Shown here piece by piece: positions 50,983-60,959 of a stretch of DNA of 64,000 nucleotides. This stretch comes from Podarcis tiliguerta (lineage: Eukaryota), in assembly GCA_965153285.1 (NCBI GenBank), contig OZ229121.1; one strand, 5' to 3'. Position 1 is the first letter of the stretch. Every line of letters begins with the position of its first letter. The translations under genes were made by a program, and so were the position numbers. The notes under the pieces are model-generated. The model saw only the letters and a program-made list of their open reading frames with translations. It made no database searches and was not told the DNA's origin.

Positions 50983-52425
50983 CTTAATTGGAGCACTACT
51001 AAACTTAATTTTTCGACTTGCTGGGATTTCATCTTCTTCTGGCAATCCAACAATTTCAGAACATTCCATGTCAGGTTCGTAATAACAGTTGTCATCGCTG
51101 TCTTCTTGATCATCCTGTTCTGTTCCCGTCTCCCCCCAGTCAGAATTATATCTTGATCGTACCCTGTAGACATTGTAATCAGAGTGCATATACACATGAG
51201 AACTCTGAAAGTTATTCAAGTCTTCCTGTTCTTCCTTTCCATTTGTATCTTCACAGTGGGAGCCAACAGAACGAGAAGCTTCACTGACTGTGATGTCATC
51301 ACTAGCTATTAAGTTTCCTGATATTTCTGCAGTCTCAGCTCCAGCAGAGATCTTTTTTTGCTGCAAAGGTGGTACTACAGGCTCTATTTTTGCCCTATTG
51401 CTCGTACAGTTCTCACCGAAACTTTGTTTATCAAGTCCATCTACTGACTCTTGTTTAGTCGCTTCACAGGCATCCACAGAATCGTAGCACACATCCTTGT
51501 TTTGTATTCCACCTGTTTTTGACAAAGGCAAAGTGCTTTTGGGAGTTTCATTGTCTGATGGAGATCTACTGCTGTTCTGCTCAGAGTTTTCAACAGGTGC
51601 TGAGCTGGCATTTTGTTTAGCTGATGGAGGCCAAGCATTGGCATCTTTTATGGGGCTGAAATCGTCGAGGTTTGCAACACTGGAAGACAGATTTGGGTCC
51701 ACAGAAGACAGGTTTAGTGGATAGTGACCAGTTACAGAATACTCTTCACTGTTTCCCGTCTTTTCTAGAACATTTTGTTGTGAGTCAGTATTTTCAAACA
51801 CTGCACTAAGTTGGCTCACTGTTGGAGAAACAGCCTCTGTCCTTGAACTAAGACTATCCAGCGAATCTGTACTTCCCCTGTTAGACTTAGAGCTGCACCA
51901 GTCATCTTGAAGATCACTGTTAGAAACAGATCTCTCTTTCTTTGGGGAGTAGCGATTGGAATGCCCTGTTTCATGAGTATTTCTTTCAAACAATCTCCGT
52001 GTTTCAGTAAACTTGGAGTAAGAAGGACCATCGTGCATAGCATCAAACCTACTAATCCTTTCTGAAACGGAAGATTCTAACTTCACAACTGATCCATCTC
52101 CCTTCTCCACAAGCTCTTTTGGCCTAATTCTTCTTTGGGGAGATAGGGGTCCACCTTTACTTCTGGTCTTTGCCATGCCTCCAGCACTCTCATTGGGCTC
52201 CATGCCCATTTGCATGAATAAATTTTTAATCCTGTTGACGTTGGATCCATATTTCCTCCCCCTGGTTTGCTGAGAAGCCTCTCCTTCTTTAGTCTTTTGT
52301 TCTCCATCTGACTTAGGCTTGTCAAAGGTGCTTTTCAATGCTTGGAACTCAGTCCTATAAGCGTTCCTGTGAGGAGAGGCACTTCGGAGATTTGATCTTT
52401 CCCCTGAACACTCTGTCTTCATCAT
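50983..52425 (-). CDS. PPP1R9A: Neurabin-1 (protein phosphatase 1 regulatory subunit 9A), first coding exon, codons 1-481: F-actin-binding N-terminus, disordered linker and first part of the PP1-binding domain
   Basis: The ORF starts MMKTECSGERSNLRSASPHRNAYRTEFQALKSTFDKPKSDGEQKTKEGE...KYGSNVNRIKNLFMQMG, recognisably neurabin-1 rather than spinophilin/PPP1R9B. It ends ...EIVGLPEEDEIPASRKIKFSSAPIK, followed by the canonical donor AAG|GTAAGT (GT at 50982-50981). 1443 nt = 481 codons, phase 0. The RVxF motif KIKF is at 51001-51012. The last 38 aa of the 519-aa track ORF are intron read-through. Confidence 0.98.
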
Positions 52426-52624
52426 GTTTATTTTTGGGATGTTAAACCAACATACATAGTGGCCGCTGTACCCTCCAGTTGAGATTGTGGATGAGGGGCT
52501 TAAAGGACATTAGATTCTGCCAAGGCCATACTTATAGGCAGACGACAATCCTCCAGATATGGGTACCAGCAAAAACAAAAACAAGTGGGAAACTGGATGT
52601 CTTTCACAAGAATGTTGATGAAAC
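52426..52624 (-). other. PPP1R9A: 5' UTR portion of the PPP1R9A first coding exon (exon 2)
   Basis: Minus-strand acceptor ...aaaatcctcctttgtgttgcAG|GTTTC, with AG at 52626-52625 and a pyrimidine-rich tract, 199 nt upstream of the ATG. It is the best acceptor nearby but is not transcript-verified. Confidence 0.75.
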
Positions 52625-54740
52625 CTGCAACACAAAGGAGGATTTTGATTCATATCAGTGGGTTTGTAGATCTTCATACCTATTCAATATTTACATTGGT
52701 ATTAGAATATGGCTGGCTATAAAAGGGGAAGGTTATGATATGAAGCCACCAGATGCAATTCCATCTCTCAAAGGAATCACATTTTAATTTGGAAGTTATA
52801 TGGATGGGAGACTTGCCTGGGAAGCCCCACTGACACATACCCTAAGCTCCTTAAAGAGAAACATAAATGGAATAAATAAACTGTTTCATGCTTTAACAAC
52901 ATCATGATGGAATGTTATAGTATCTTCAGAACTTCATTTAAGTGAGGGCTAATCAGGACTCCATCTTTTAGAACCCATTTTGGATTTCATTACTCAGACC
53001 ACTGGATCATTATATGGAGTAACAGCAGAAGACAGTAAGTGAAGTAAATTCCTATCATAAACAAATCATTATTCTGCCACCACATGACTGAGAAAGGGGA
53101 CATTACTTCTGTGTAAGACCAAGACCTAATCCCTCTCTTTCCCAACAGTCAGTGTATGCAAATGCATATACACGCTATTCAACTGTACAACAGTTCTGCA
53201 TTATACCAATGTATTTTGTCATTAAAGTTTCATTCAAATGATGATGAAGAGTCAGGTACACATATCTCTACCACTGTGAAATGGTGTGATGCAGCCATGA
53301 GTGACACGTTCCTCTGAAACAGCAACACTTTGCTGCCTTCATTTTCAAAACACCACCAAATGAACAAATTAATAAACTCGCTCTGAGATTGTAGGGGTGG
53401 AGGGAAGAGAGAGAAATAAGGGACAGAGAAATCACATGCACAGAAATTTAGAACTTGCAGGAAGCAAATAATTTGGTATGGTAAAGACTTGCCTGTTCCC
53501 CTCGGGGTGTATTCAGCATGACAAAGAACCATGAAAGGTGCAGTGAAAGGGGGAAGAGGAAACCTCAATGCAGGCTAAATCTGTCCATTTCCCAGTCTGG
53601 ATCTCGGTAAAATCTGTACGGCAAGTGGCATTTTATATGAATCCCGAGCGTCGTGCCCTCCCGCAAGGAGGAATACGGGGGCTGGCAGAGTCCCTTGGCG
53701 TCGTTTAATAGAGGAGGAGGAGGAAATGGGCTTTGCTTCCAGCCTGAGCAAGCAGCCTTAAAGAAATACAGAAGAGCAGCACATGACTAATAATAGAGCA
53801 AAATCTCTCATTAGCGCCCTTCTGTTTCCGCCTCCTCCGCCGCTACAACTTCACCGCAGCTGCAAGCCTCCCGAAGCGACCGACCCGGGCAACGCACACA
53901 TGTGGACCTGGCTGGGCTCGCTCCGGCCCCGACCGGCCTCCGCCTCCCGCCCCCCGCATCCTCCCGCCTGCCCGAGTCAACGCGCTGCCGGCGCTGCGAG
54001 ACAGATTACAAGACTCGCGCCCATATTGCGTCTGTTCTCCAGCCTTGACAACTAAGCGGTTATTTGCTCCTAAGCAACGTTGTGATGTGGCCGTTAATGC
54101 CCCCCAATCCCTTCCTTGGAAGAGAACCACATCCCTGCCTCCAAATCGCCTGCCTCTCTCTCTCTCTGGTCCCCAAGCATGCAATTAATTGAGGGGGGGG
54201 CGTGGAAGGGACACTTGCAAATAATAGCGAAGGTGAGAGTCTAATCAATCTCAAGGCGCAGAACCTTCCCCCAACCTCCACGCTTCGCTGTTTCGGCGTC
54301 GCTCGTGCAAGAAATCCACCCGGGGAGGGGTGGTATATTGCCAGCTAGTAAGTCTGGCGATAAATCCCCTTCTTTCCTTCGTTTCCTTTCTCTCTCCAGC
54401 CCAGCGCGACGTCCTTCACGCTCCCTATAGGAAAGTGCCGCAAAAGGCACAACTCTGTCCCCGCCGGGGAAGAAAAAGAAAAAAAAAAAAAGCCCCGCTG
54501 CTAAGCTGCCCAGCAGGAAACGCGGGAGCCGGGAAGCACCTTGCAACAGGAGCGGCGGCTGTGTAAGAATGCAGGGAGCAAGACGGCGCTCACGAGCCTT
54601 GCAAGCGAACCAGCCAGCCTGCCCACTTTCGGTGCTCGCGAAACAAAAGCTGCTCCCGGCCGCAGGAGTCAAGCCACAGCGAGCCCCACACAGGCAGGTT
54701 TTGTTTTGCAAAGGGGGGGGGGCTCACCGCGGCACCTTAC

Positions 54741-54960
54741 CCGGGAGAGTCGGAGTTGCAAAAGCCCCGCCGCCTCTCGATCCCCCTCCGCTTCTCTTCC
54801 TGCTGCTCCGGCTACTACTGCCGCCGTGCTGTCCACCGGCCCGCCACCTCCCGGCACTGCTGCTGCTGCCGCCGCCGCCGCCCGCAGCTTGCCCGGCAGC
54901 AGCAAGCTCCTCCGACTCGGCTCTTGCACGCCATTGCAGGCGGCGGTGGCGCCTGAGACG
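54741..54960 (-). other. PPP1R9A: Candidate non-coding first exon (proximal) of PPP1R9A; 5' end approximate
   Basis: Minus-strand donor CGG|GTAAGG (GT at 54740-54739) plus a second donor GCG|GTGAGC 13 nt downstream, preceded by a (GGC)n/(AGC)n-rich leader inside the CpG island. The TSS cannot be determined from sequence. Confidence 0.55.
54857..54882 (-). repeat. Compound (CGG)4(CAG)4 trinucleotide tract in the candidate first exon
   Basis: Plus strand reads (CTG)4(CCG)4CC. Confidence 0.9.
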
Positions 54961-55156
54961 CTGCGCGGGGTGGGCGGGGGGAGGAAGGTTCCCGCGCTCG
55001 GCTCCACCACCAGCCGGGCTTCCCGCCGCCCGCTCGGCCTCCAGGGGACGCCCAGGCAGGCAGGCGGGTCCCGGGCGGCCCTAGGGAGGGAGCACGCCGG
55101 CCAGCACGGGCGGCCCTCGGCCTCTCCTGGCCAAGAGCGCCTGACAGGTGCCTCAC

Positions 55157-55350
55157 CTCCTCGGCGCGCTGCAATGGTTTGCCCCGCTGGGAGAGGGAGG
55201 CTGGGGAGGTGGGTGGGAAGAAGGCGCCAAAGCCACGCAGCAGCTCGGCGGCGACAACGCGCCCGGCCGGAGCGGGAAAGGACGACAAGAGGCGACCCGC
55301 GCCGCCGCCGTTTGGCCTCTCAGGCGCTCCGCGTGCAGCCCGCCTCTCGC
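55157..55350 (-). other. PPP1R9A: Candidate alternative (distal) non-coding first exon of PPP1R9A; 5' end approximate
   Basis: Minus-strand donor GAG|GTGAGG (GT at 55156-55155) in the CpG island core. Confidence 0.4.
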
Positions 55351-55719
55351 CAGGCTTCCTTAGGCTGCTTGAGGCTCCCGCTTTCTTTCGCAGCGGTTCC
55401 CAAGAGGGAAGCGGATTGAGTCCCCTGGCGAGAGACTCTTACACGCCTCTGGGTGAAATTCTCCACTGCCCTGGGTTGCGTGTGGGGTTTTTTTTTTTCA
55501 AGACACCCCACGTTCACGCAACCGTCGGGGGGTACTTCGGTTTTTGAACAGAAGCTACGTTTGGAACTGGCGCTGGAGGAATGGGAACACAGATTTGGCC
55601 CTCGAAGCTCGGGACCGAGCTCAGCTGACCTGCCCGGCCGCGTGGAAATTAACGGAATAATGGCCACGCGCCCTCCCCATTACTGGTTGCACGTCTGAAG
55701 TCGCCACACTTGCACTTTA

Positions 55720-55853
55720 AGGGCGGGGAACGTACGGGCTACCAGATACTGTTGGACTACAGCTCCCAGCATCCCTGACCATTGGCAGTGCTGCTCGGGC
55801 TGATGGGAATTGGAGTTCCAACAATATCTGGAGTGCTGTGGGTTCCTCGCCCC
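55720..55853. mobile_element. hAT-type palindromic MITE at the CpG island edge
   Basis: GGGCGGGGAAC / GTTCCTCGCCC termini, internal CCAGATACTGTTGGACTACAGCTCCCAGCA / TGATGGGAATTGGAGTTCCAACAATATCTGG. Related to 4993-5128. Confidence 0.75.
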
Positions 55854-55932
55854 AAACAACAACAAAAAACCTACTGGGTCATGTAGTAAGCGTAGTGGTC
55901 AAAAACACAGTTCCCAGCTAAATGCAATATTC

Positions 55933-56098
55933 CTCATAAGAAGCTGCCTTTAAACCGAGTTGGCTCATCTAGCTCAGTATTTATTGTCTGCACTGGCTGG
56001 CAGTGGTAAAACACTGGTCCACCTAGTTCAATATTGTCTACACTGACTGGCAGAGGCTCTCCAGGTTTCAGACATCCCCAGCCGTTTCTGGAGATGCT
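55933..56098 (-). mobile_element. Body and tail of the same tRNA-derived SINE family, with an internal duplication
   Basis: CATAAGAAGCTGCCTT tail. The segment CTAGCTCAGTAT..TGTCTGCACTGGCTGGCAG occurs twice (second copy CTAGTTCAATATTGTCTACACTGACTGGCAG). Ends CTGGAGATGC. Confidence 0.6.
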
Positions 56099-56689
56099 GT
56101 CCTACCTTGCTCTTAGCACACAACTACTAACATTCAGTGACACGCTGCCCCTGAAACTACATTTCAGACACAGAACTCTAGAATATTTGCAAATGAGTCT
56201 ACAGACGCACCATTTCCTTGAGAATTTTTGCAGTTTATATTTAAAGAAGTTTGATCCAGAACTAACAAAGTTCTGTTCTTCAGTAGAAATCATCAGGGCT
56301 GTTTTTAATAAAATATGCATGACCATAGAATATGCACTATAAAGTGTAAACAGCATCAAATAAAACAGCCAAGGTGCAAGGGGGAGCAGCATTTATACCT
56401 CACCTTTCCATCAGGTGCTACACACAAAATGGCCACGCCAAGGGAGTAAAACGAAAGTGGTCAGTCAAGAGGAGGAACAAAATGGTGGATCCAAGGAAGA
56501 GCATCTACAGGACAGGGACCCAAGCTAACTTGTCACCTTTTTTCTAACTTCACGGTAAATTACAGCCAATTGAAAGGACTGGCATTTGGGGGTTGGATGG
56601 GTATCTGACAATGACCAAAGGGAAACAGTGGCTTTGGGGACTTGGATAACTAACTACCTGGGCTCATCCAAAGAGCACAGCAAAGCAGA

Positions 56690-57533
56690 TGTCTTGTGTG
56701 AAAAATCACTGGGGGCCTTGTTCTGTAACTTCAATTACAAATACACATTACAACCTACAGCATATGAATCCATCAAAAATACAAATTCTAATGTGTTATA
56801 CAAAAGGAATGCTGGGGACTATTAGGAAAGGGACAGAAAATAGCAATACTTATATTACAACGTGCTTATATAAATACATAGTGCAGCAACATTTGTAAGT
56901 GCTGTGTACATTTCTGCTTATCCCATCCCAAAAACATAGCTTTGGGAAAGGTGCAGGGAAAAAGCTACGGAAATGAATAGCCAGTTCAGGTTGGGACACT
57001 GTTCCAAACCAAGAATGGCTGAAACATTTGGAACATTTTAGTTTACAAAAGAAAAAGGGGGAAAAAAGAGCTCTGGGAACAGGATAGAGGGATATATAGT
57101 AGGTTTATAAAACGATGCATAGCACTCAAAATTGGCTAGCAGATTCAGGTAAGACAAAATGTTTAAAATAAATTTGCAAGATGCACAATCTGCTGCTAAA
57201 AGTTGAGGTGCTGAAGGCCACTAGCTTAGATGGCATCGAAGGGAGACTAGACTAATTCACAAAGGATATGCCCATCAGTAGCTATGATGGCTACATGGAA
57301 CCTCCAAGAATAGATGTTAAATGCTCTAAACAGCCTTTGCCAACCTGGTGCCCCTCAAATGATTTGGACTGCAGCCCCAATCAGCCTGTATGAGGAACAA
57401 CAGCAGGAAAAGTCACTAACTTGCCGTCAAGCCCTGTTCATTAGTTTTCCATGGGGCACATGGTTGGCCTCTGTGGGGAGCAGGTTCTTGGACTAGATGA
57501 GTCCTTGGTCTAATCCAGCAGGGCTGCTCTTAT
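56690..57533 (+). mobile_element. Old CR1 LINE 3' fragment, interrupted by a MITE remnant at about 57330-57388
   Basis: Track peptide MLGTIRKGTENSNTYITTCLYKYIVQQHL resembles the CR1 ORF2 motif MLGxIxKGIENK..IxPLYKSxVRPHL. 3' end TGGACTAGATGAGTCCTTGGTCTAATCCAGCAGGGCTGCTCTTAT. Confidence 0.8.
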
Positions 57534-57557
57534 TAAACAACCATTTTTGGTTATATC

Positions 57558-57673
57558 ATCACAGAACTGCAGATTTGGAAGGGCCCACAAAGTTCATCTA
57601 GTCCAGCCCCCTGCAATGCAGGAATCTTTTGCCCAATGTGGGGCTCGAACCCACAACCCTGAGATTATCCCAG
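57558..57673 (-). mobile_element. tRNA(Lys)-derived SINE with CR1 3' tail, internally deleted head
   Basis: 57631-57667 GCCCAATGTGGGGCTCGAACCCACAACCCTGAGATTA is the reverse complement of the 3' half of tRNA-Lys(CTT). It is fused to TTGGAAGGG..CATCTAGTCCAGCCCCCTGCAATGCAGGAAT, which matches the CR1 3' ends at 8990-9045 and 36723-36780. Confidence 0.8.
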
Positions 57674-58469
57674 GAGCTCTCGCCATCCTCATCTCAAGGT
57701 GAAGTACATAATATAATAAAAACAGCTAAAGGAACCTAGTTTAAAGTGGGGCAGAAAATAGCAAGTAAAAGCAATTGAAATTTTTTTTAAAGGAGACACC
57801 CACAACAGTGACCTATTCATTCAGCTGGGAAAGCTTGTCGCAGCACAATTGTCTTCGATTGTTTCCATAAAGTTCAGATAGTGGGCGCCTGTTGTATTTT
57901 GACAGCAACGCTATTCCACACAACAGGGACAGCCACACTAAAAGCCCTGATCTGAGTTACCTGATCACAGTAACTCTGCTGTCTTGGGGACCTTTAGGAG
58001 AAACTCTCCCACACATCCCAATGACCTACAGGGACAGCCTCCCGGGTCACCTGGTCCTGAGCTTGCTGAGGCCGTCTCTCCCCTTAGCGTTCTGCGTGGA
58101 GTGTGAAAAGCTACTCTGTGTGCAGTTTCAGTATCATTTTTGTGCATGGCTAAACAAAACATTCCAGTGGGTTGATTTCAATTTATTCTCCCTCCAATCT
58201 CATTGTTCATTCATTATTACTAACAGTCGACATTGCTCCAAGTGTTCCTGCTAAGTTTAATGTATTCATAGCGGAATCCGCGCAGCCTTGCTTTTCCAGA
58301 AGAGCATGGGGAGAGAGCATGCAACTTCTTCTGCAGGGAGATGTTCCCTGAGAAAGGTCTTTCATCTGAATTATTTTAATCTGACTTGTATTTCTGGATC
58401 CGGGGCCCATTGCAAGGCCAATGCATTACGAATTCTATCTTGTTCATTTTTTATTTCCAGATTTATCTA

Positions 58470-58695
58470 CAGTGGTACCTCGGGTTGCAGATGCTTCAGG
58501 TTACAGACTCCACTAACCAAGAAATAGTACCTCGGGTTAAGAACTTTGCTTCAGGATGAGAACAGAAATTGTGCTCTGGTGGCTCAGTGGCAGCAGGAGG
58601 CCCCATTAGCTAAAGTGGTACCTCAGGTTAAGAACAGTTTCAGGTTAAGAATGGACCTCTAGAATGAATTAAGTTCTTAACCCAAGGTACTACTG
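58470..58695 (-). mobile_element. Tigger/pogo-like MITE, family A
   Basis: TA|CAGTGGTACCTCGGGTTG ... TAACCCAAGGTACTACTG|TA; inverse orientation of 36826-37067. Confidence 0.9.
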
Positions 58696-58764
58696 TACAT
58701 GTCCTTTTGTTTCATTTTTGATGCGATCACACACACATGGCATTAAGACTCACAGAAATTTATA

Positions 58765-59016
58765 TGTGGAAGAGATCCACAGACGCAGTCTAGCCCAATA
58801 CCCTACTCAGTGCAGGAGTCTTGCAACTAAAGTGACCCCCTGAAAGGGCACCCAGCCTCTGCTTAAAAACCTCCTGTGAACAAGAGACCATGACTTGCCA
58901 AGGTAGCTGAACTGCTCTTGCCATTAATAAGTTTCTTTTATCTTTAGCCAAAACCTGCTTCCCTGCACTTTCTGCCCGTTGGTTATAATCCTGCTCTCTG
59001 AAGTAACAGAGAGCAA
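58765..59016 (-). mobile_element. Old CR1 LINE 3' fragment
   Basis: CAGTCTAGCCCAA..CCCAGCCTCTGCTTAAAAACCTCC..AAGTTTCT..TTTAGCCAAAACCT, reverse complement of a CR1 3' region. Confidence 0.7.
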
Positions 59017-59322
59017 GGCCAAATTTACACCATGCATTTAAAGCATCATGATACCATTTTAAACAGCCACAACTTCCCACAAAGAATTCTGGGAGCTGTA
59101 GTTTATTAAGGGGTTTGACAGTGGTTAAGAGACCCCTGTTCCCCTTACAGAGCTACAATTCCTAGTTTCCTGTTAAAGCATTCTGGAAACTATAGCTCTG
59201 GAAGGGCAACAGGGTTCTCCTAACAACTCTCAGCACCCTTAACAAACTACAGCTACCAGAATTCTTTGGGGGAAGCCACAGCTGCTTAAAGTGGCATCAC
59301 AGAGATTTACATGCATGGTGTA

Positions 59323-59325
<3 letters not shown>
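59017..59325. mobile_element. ~310-bp fold-back (palindromic) non-autonomous DNA element
   Basis: ATTTACACCATGCAT (59023-59037) / ATGCATGGTGTAAAT (59311-59325) and AAAGAATTCTGGGAGCTGTAGTTT / AAACTACAGCTACCAGAATTCTTT. Related pieces at 37356-37501 and about 20588-20670. Confidence 0.8.
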
Positions 59326-59356
<31 letters not shown>

Positions 59357-59797
59357 TTATTTATATCCCGCTCTCCCCAGCCAAAGCCGGGCTCAGAGCG
59401 GCAAACAACAGTAAAAATAGCACAGTTTACATAAAATCACAGTCAATTAATTGAAATACATTCTAAAATCTGTTCAGAATCAAATTAATGGCAACCATTG
59501 GGCTAGAGTTATATGAGGATTACAGAAGGAGAAAGGGGGTCAGACTGTGCCTTGGCCAAAGGCCTGGTGGAACAGCTCTGTCTTGCAGGCCCTGCGGAAA
59601 GATGTCGTCTCGCAGGGCCCTAGTCTCTTGTGACAGAGCATTCCACCAGATCGGGGCCACGACCGAAAAAGCCCTGGCTCTGGTTGAGGCCAGCCTAACC
59701 TCCCTGTGGCCTGAGATCTCCAAGATGTTTTTATTTGAAGAATGTAAGGTCCTTCATGGGACATACCAGGAGAGGCGGTCCCATAGGTACGACCCAC
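59323..59797 (-). mobile_element. L2-clade LINE 3' fragment with (ATT)11 tail, relatively well preserved
   Basis: Track peptides EVRLASTRARAFSVVAPIWWNALSQETRAL and SFRRACKTELFHQAF (one frameshift), then a 3' UTR ending GCGGGATATAAATAAC and the trinucleotide tail at 59323-59355. Confidence 0.88.
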
Positions 59798-59829
59798 AAC
59801 TGTTTCTTAAAGAAACAGCAAATACATTA

Positions 59830-60040
59830 CAGTGGTACCTTGGGTTACATACGCTTCAGGTTACATACACTTCAGGTTACAGACTCCGCTAACCCAGAAA
59901 TATTACCTCGGGTTAAGAACTTTGCTTCAGGATGAGAACAGAAATTGTGCTCTGGCGGCGCGGCGGCAGCAGGAGGCCCCATTAGCTAAAGTGGTGCTTC
60001 AGGTTAAGAACAGTTACAGGTTAAGAACGGACCTCCGGAA
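59830..60040 (-). mobile_element. Tigger/pogo-like MITE, family A, right TIR lost
   Basis: TA|CAGTGGTACCTTGGGTTACATACGCTTCAGG ... GGACCTCCGGAA, then breaks off. Confidence 0.88.
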
Positions 60041-60959
60041 ACACACTTATTAGAAAGCCTCACTGAACACAGTGGAACCTATCTTTGAGTAAACAGGAAT
60101 AGGATTGCACTGTTAATGTACTATGTAACTGTTTTATTTGTTTTATGATTGTATATTTTACTGTTGCAACCCAACCTGGGACCTTATAATAGAAAACAGA
60201 TATTAAATCTAATAAAATAAATAAATATAAATGAATATAAAACAATTTGACACATTACTGTAAATAAGGATGTGTTTAATGTTTTTTTTTAATCTGATGG
60301 ATTTATGCTCTTGTTTTCTTGTAGAAAATAAAGCACAATCCACATCAGATGTCTGCAGAAGTCCTATTTAGTTCAATGGGCTGTGCCCAAGAAGAACACT
60401 AAATGAATTATCCATTTTGCTCCCCAGCCAATTTGGTGAGCCTGCTATATAATCCACATATTCTGAACATCGAGACTTCATTAAAAAGGCTTATTAGTAT
60501 TTCAGAATTGGTCCTAGATTTACTTAAGAAATAGTAACCAGCTTGACAGCTTGGAGACTGCTTCAGAGAGCTCTTTGCCCAGAAAAGAACCACCGATATT
60601 GCTAACAAAACTATATAATTAACAATTTAACAAAAAAGGGGTCACATATTTGGCTGGTTACTGAGGGCAGTAATTGAACAATGGAGTTGTTACATTCATT
60701 CATAAACATTTCTTTTCATTAATAATGGAACAGCAGTGTTGGGAGTTGGTAAAGGGAATTTCCAGAGCGAATCAGAAAATATGTGAATTGTGATAGCAAG
60801 AGTGCCTGAGCTCATTAAATCTTCACATACCTCAGGGATGGGGGAACTTATGGTCCTCCAGATACTGTCGGACTCCAACTCCCATCAGCATGGCCAATTT
60901 TGTGTGAAGATGGGGTTCTTCATCACTGACATAACTGAAAACCCAAGTCACACATACAG

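Larger units (their letters stand above)
53640..55740. promoter_or_regulatory. PPP1R9A: CpG island / PPP1R9A promoter region
   Basis: Abrupt rise in GC content and CpG density relative to the CpG-depleted flanks, with GCC/CCG runs and GC-box-like motifs. Lies 1-3 kb upstream of the coding exon on the minus strand. Confidence 0.92.

Noticed and set aside
54241-55698. Long overlapping ORFs (292, 171, 157, 156 aa etc.) in the CpG island
   Set aside because: Ala/Arg/Pro/Gly-rich, present on both strands, mostly with non-ATG starts and no recognisable domain; expected from stop-codon scarcity in GC-rich DNA.
57631-57667. tRNA-Lys gene
   Set aside because: Only the 3' half is present and it is fused to a CR1 tail, so it is a SINE head.
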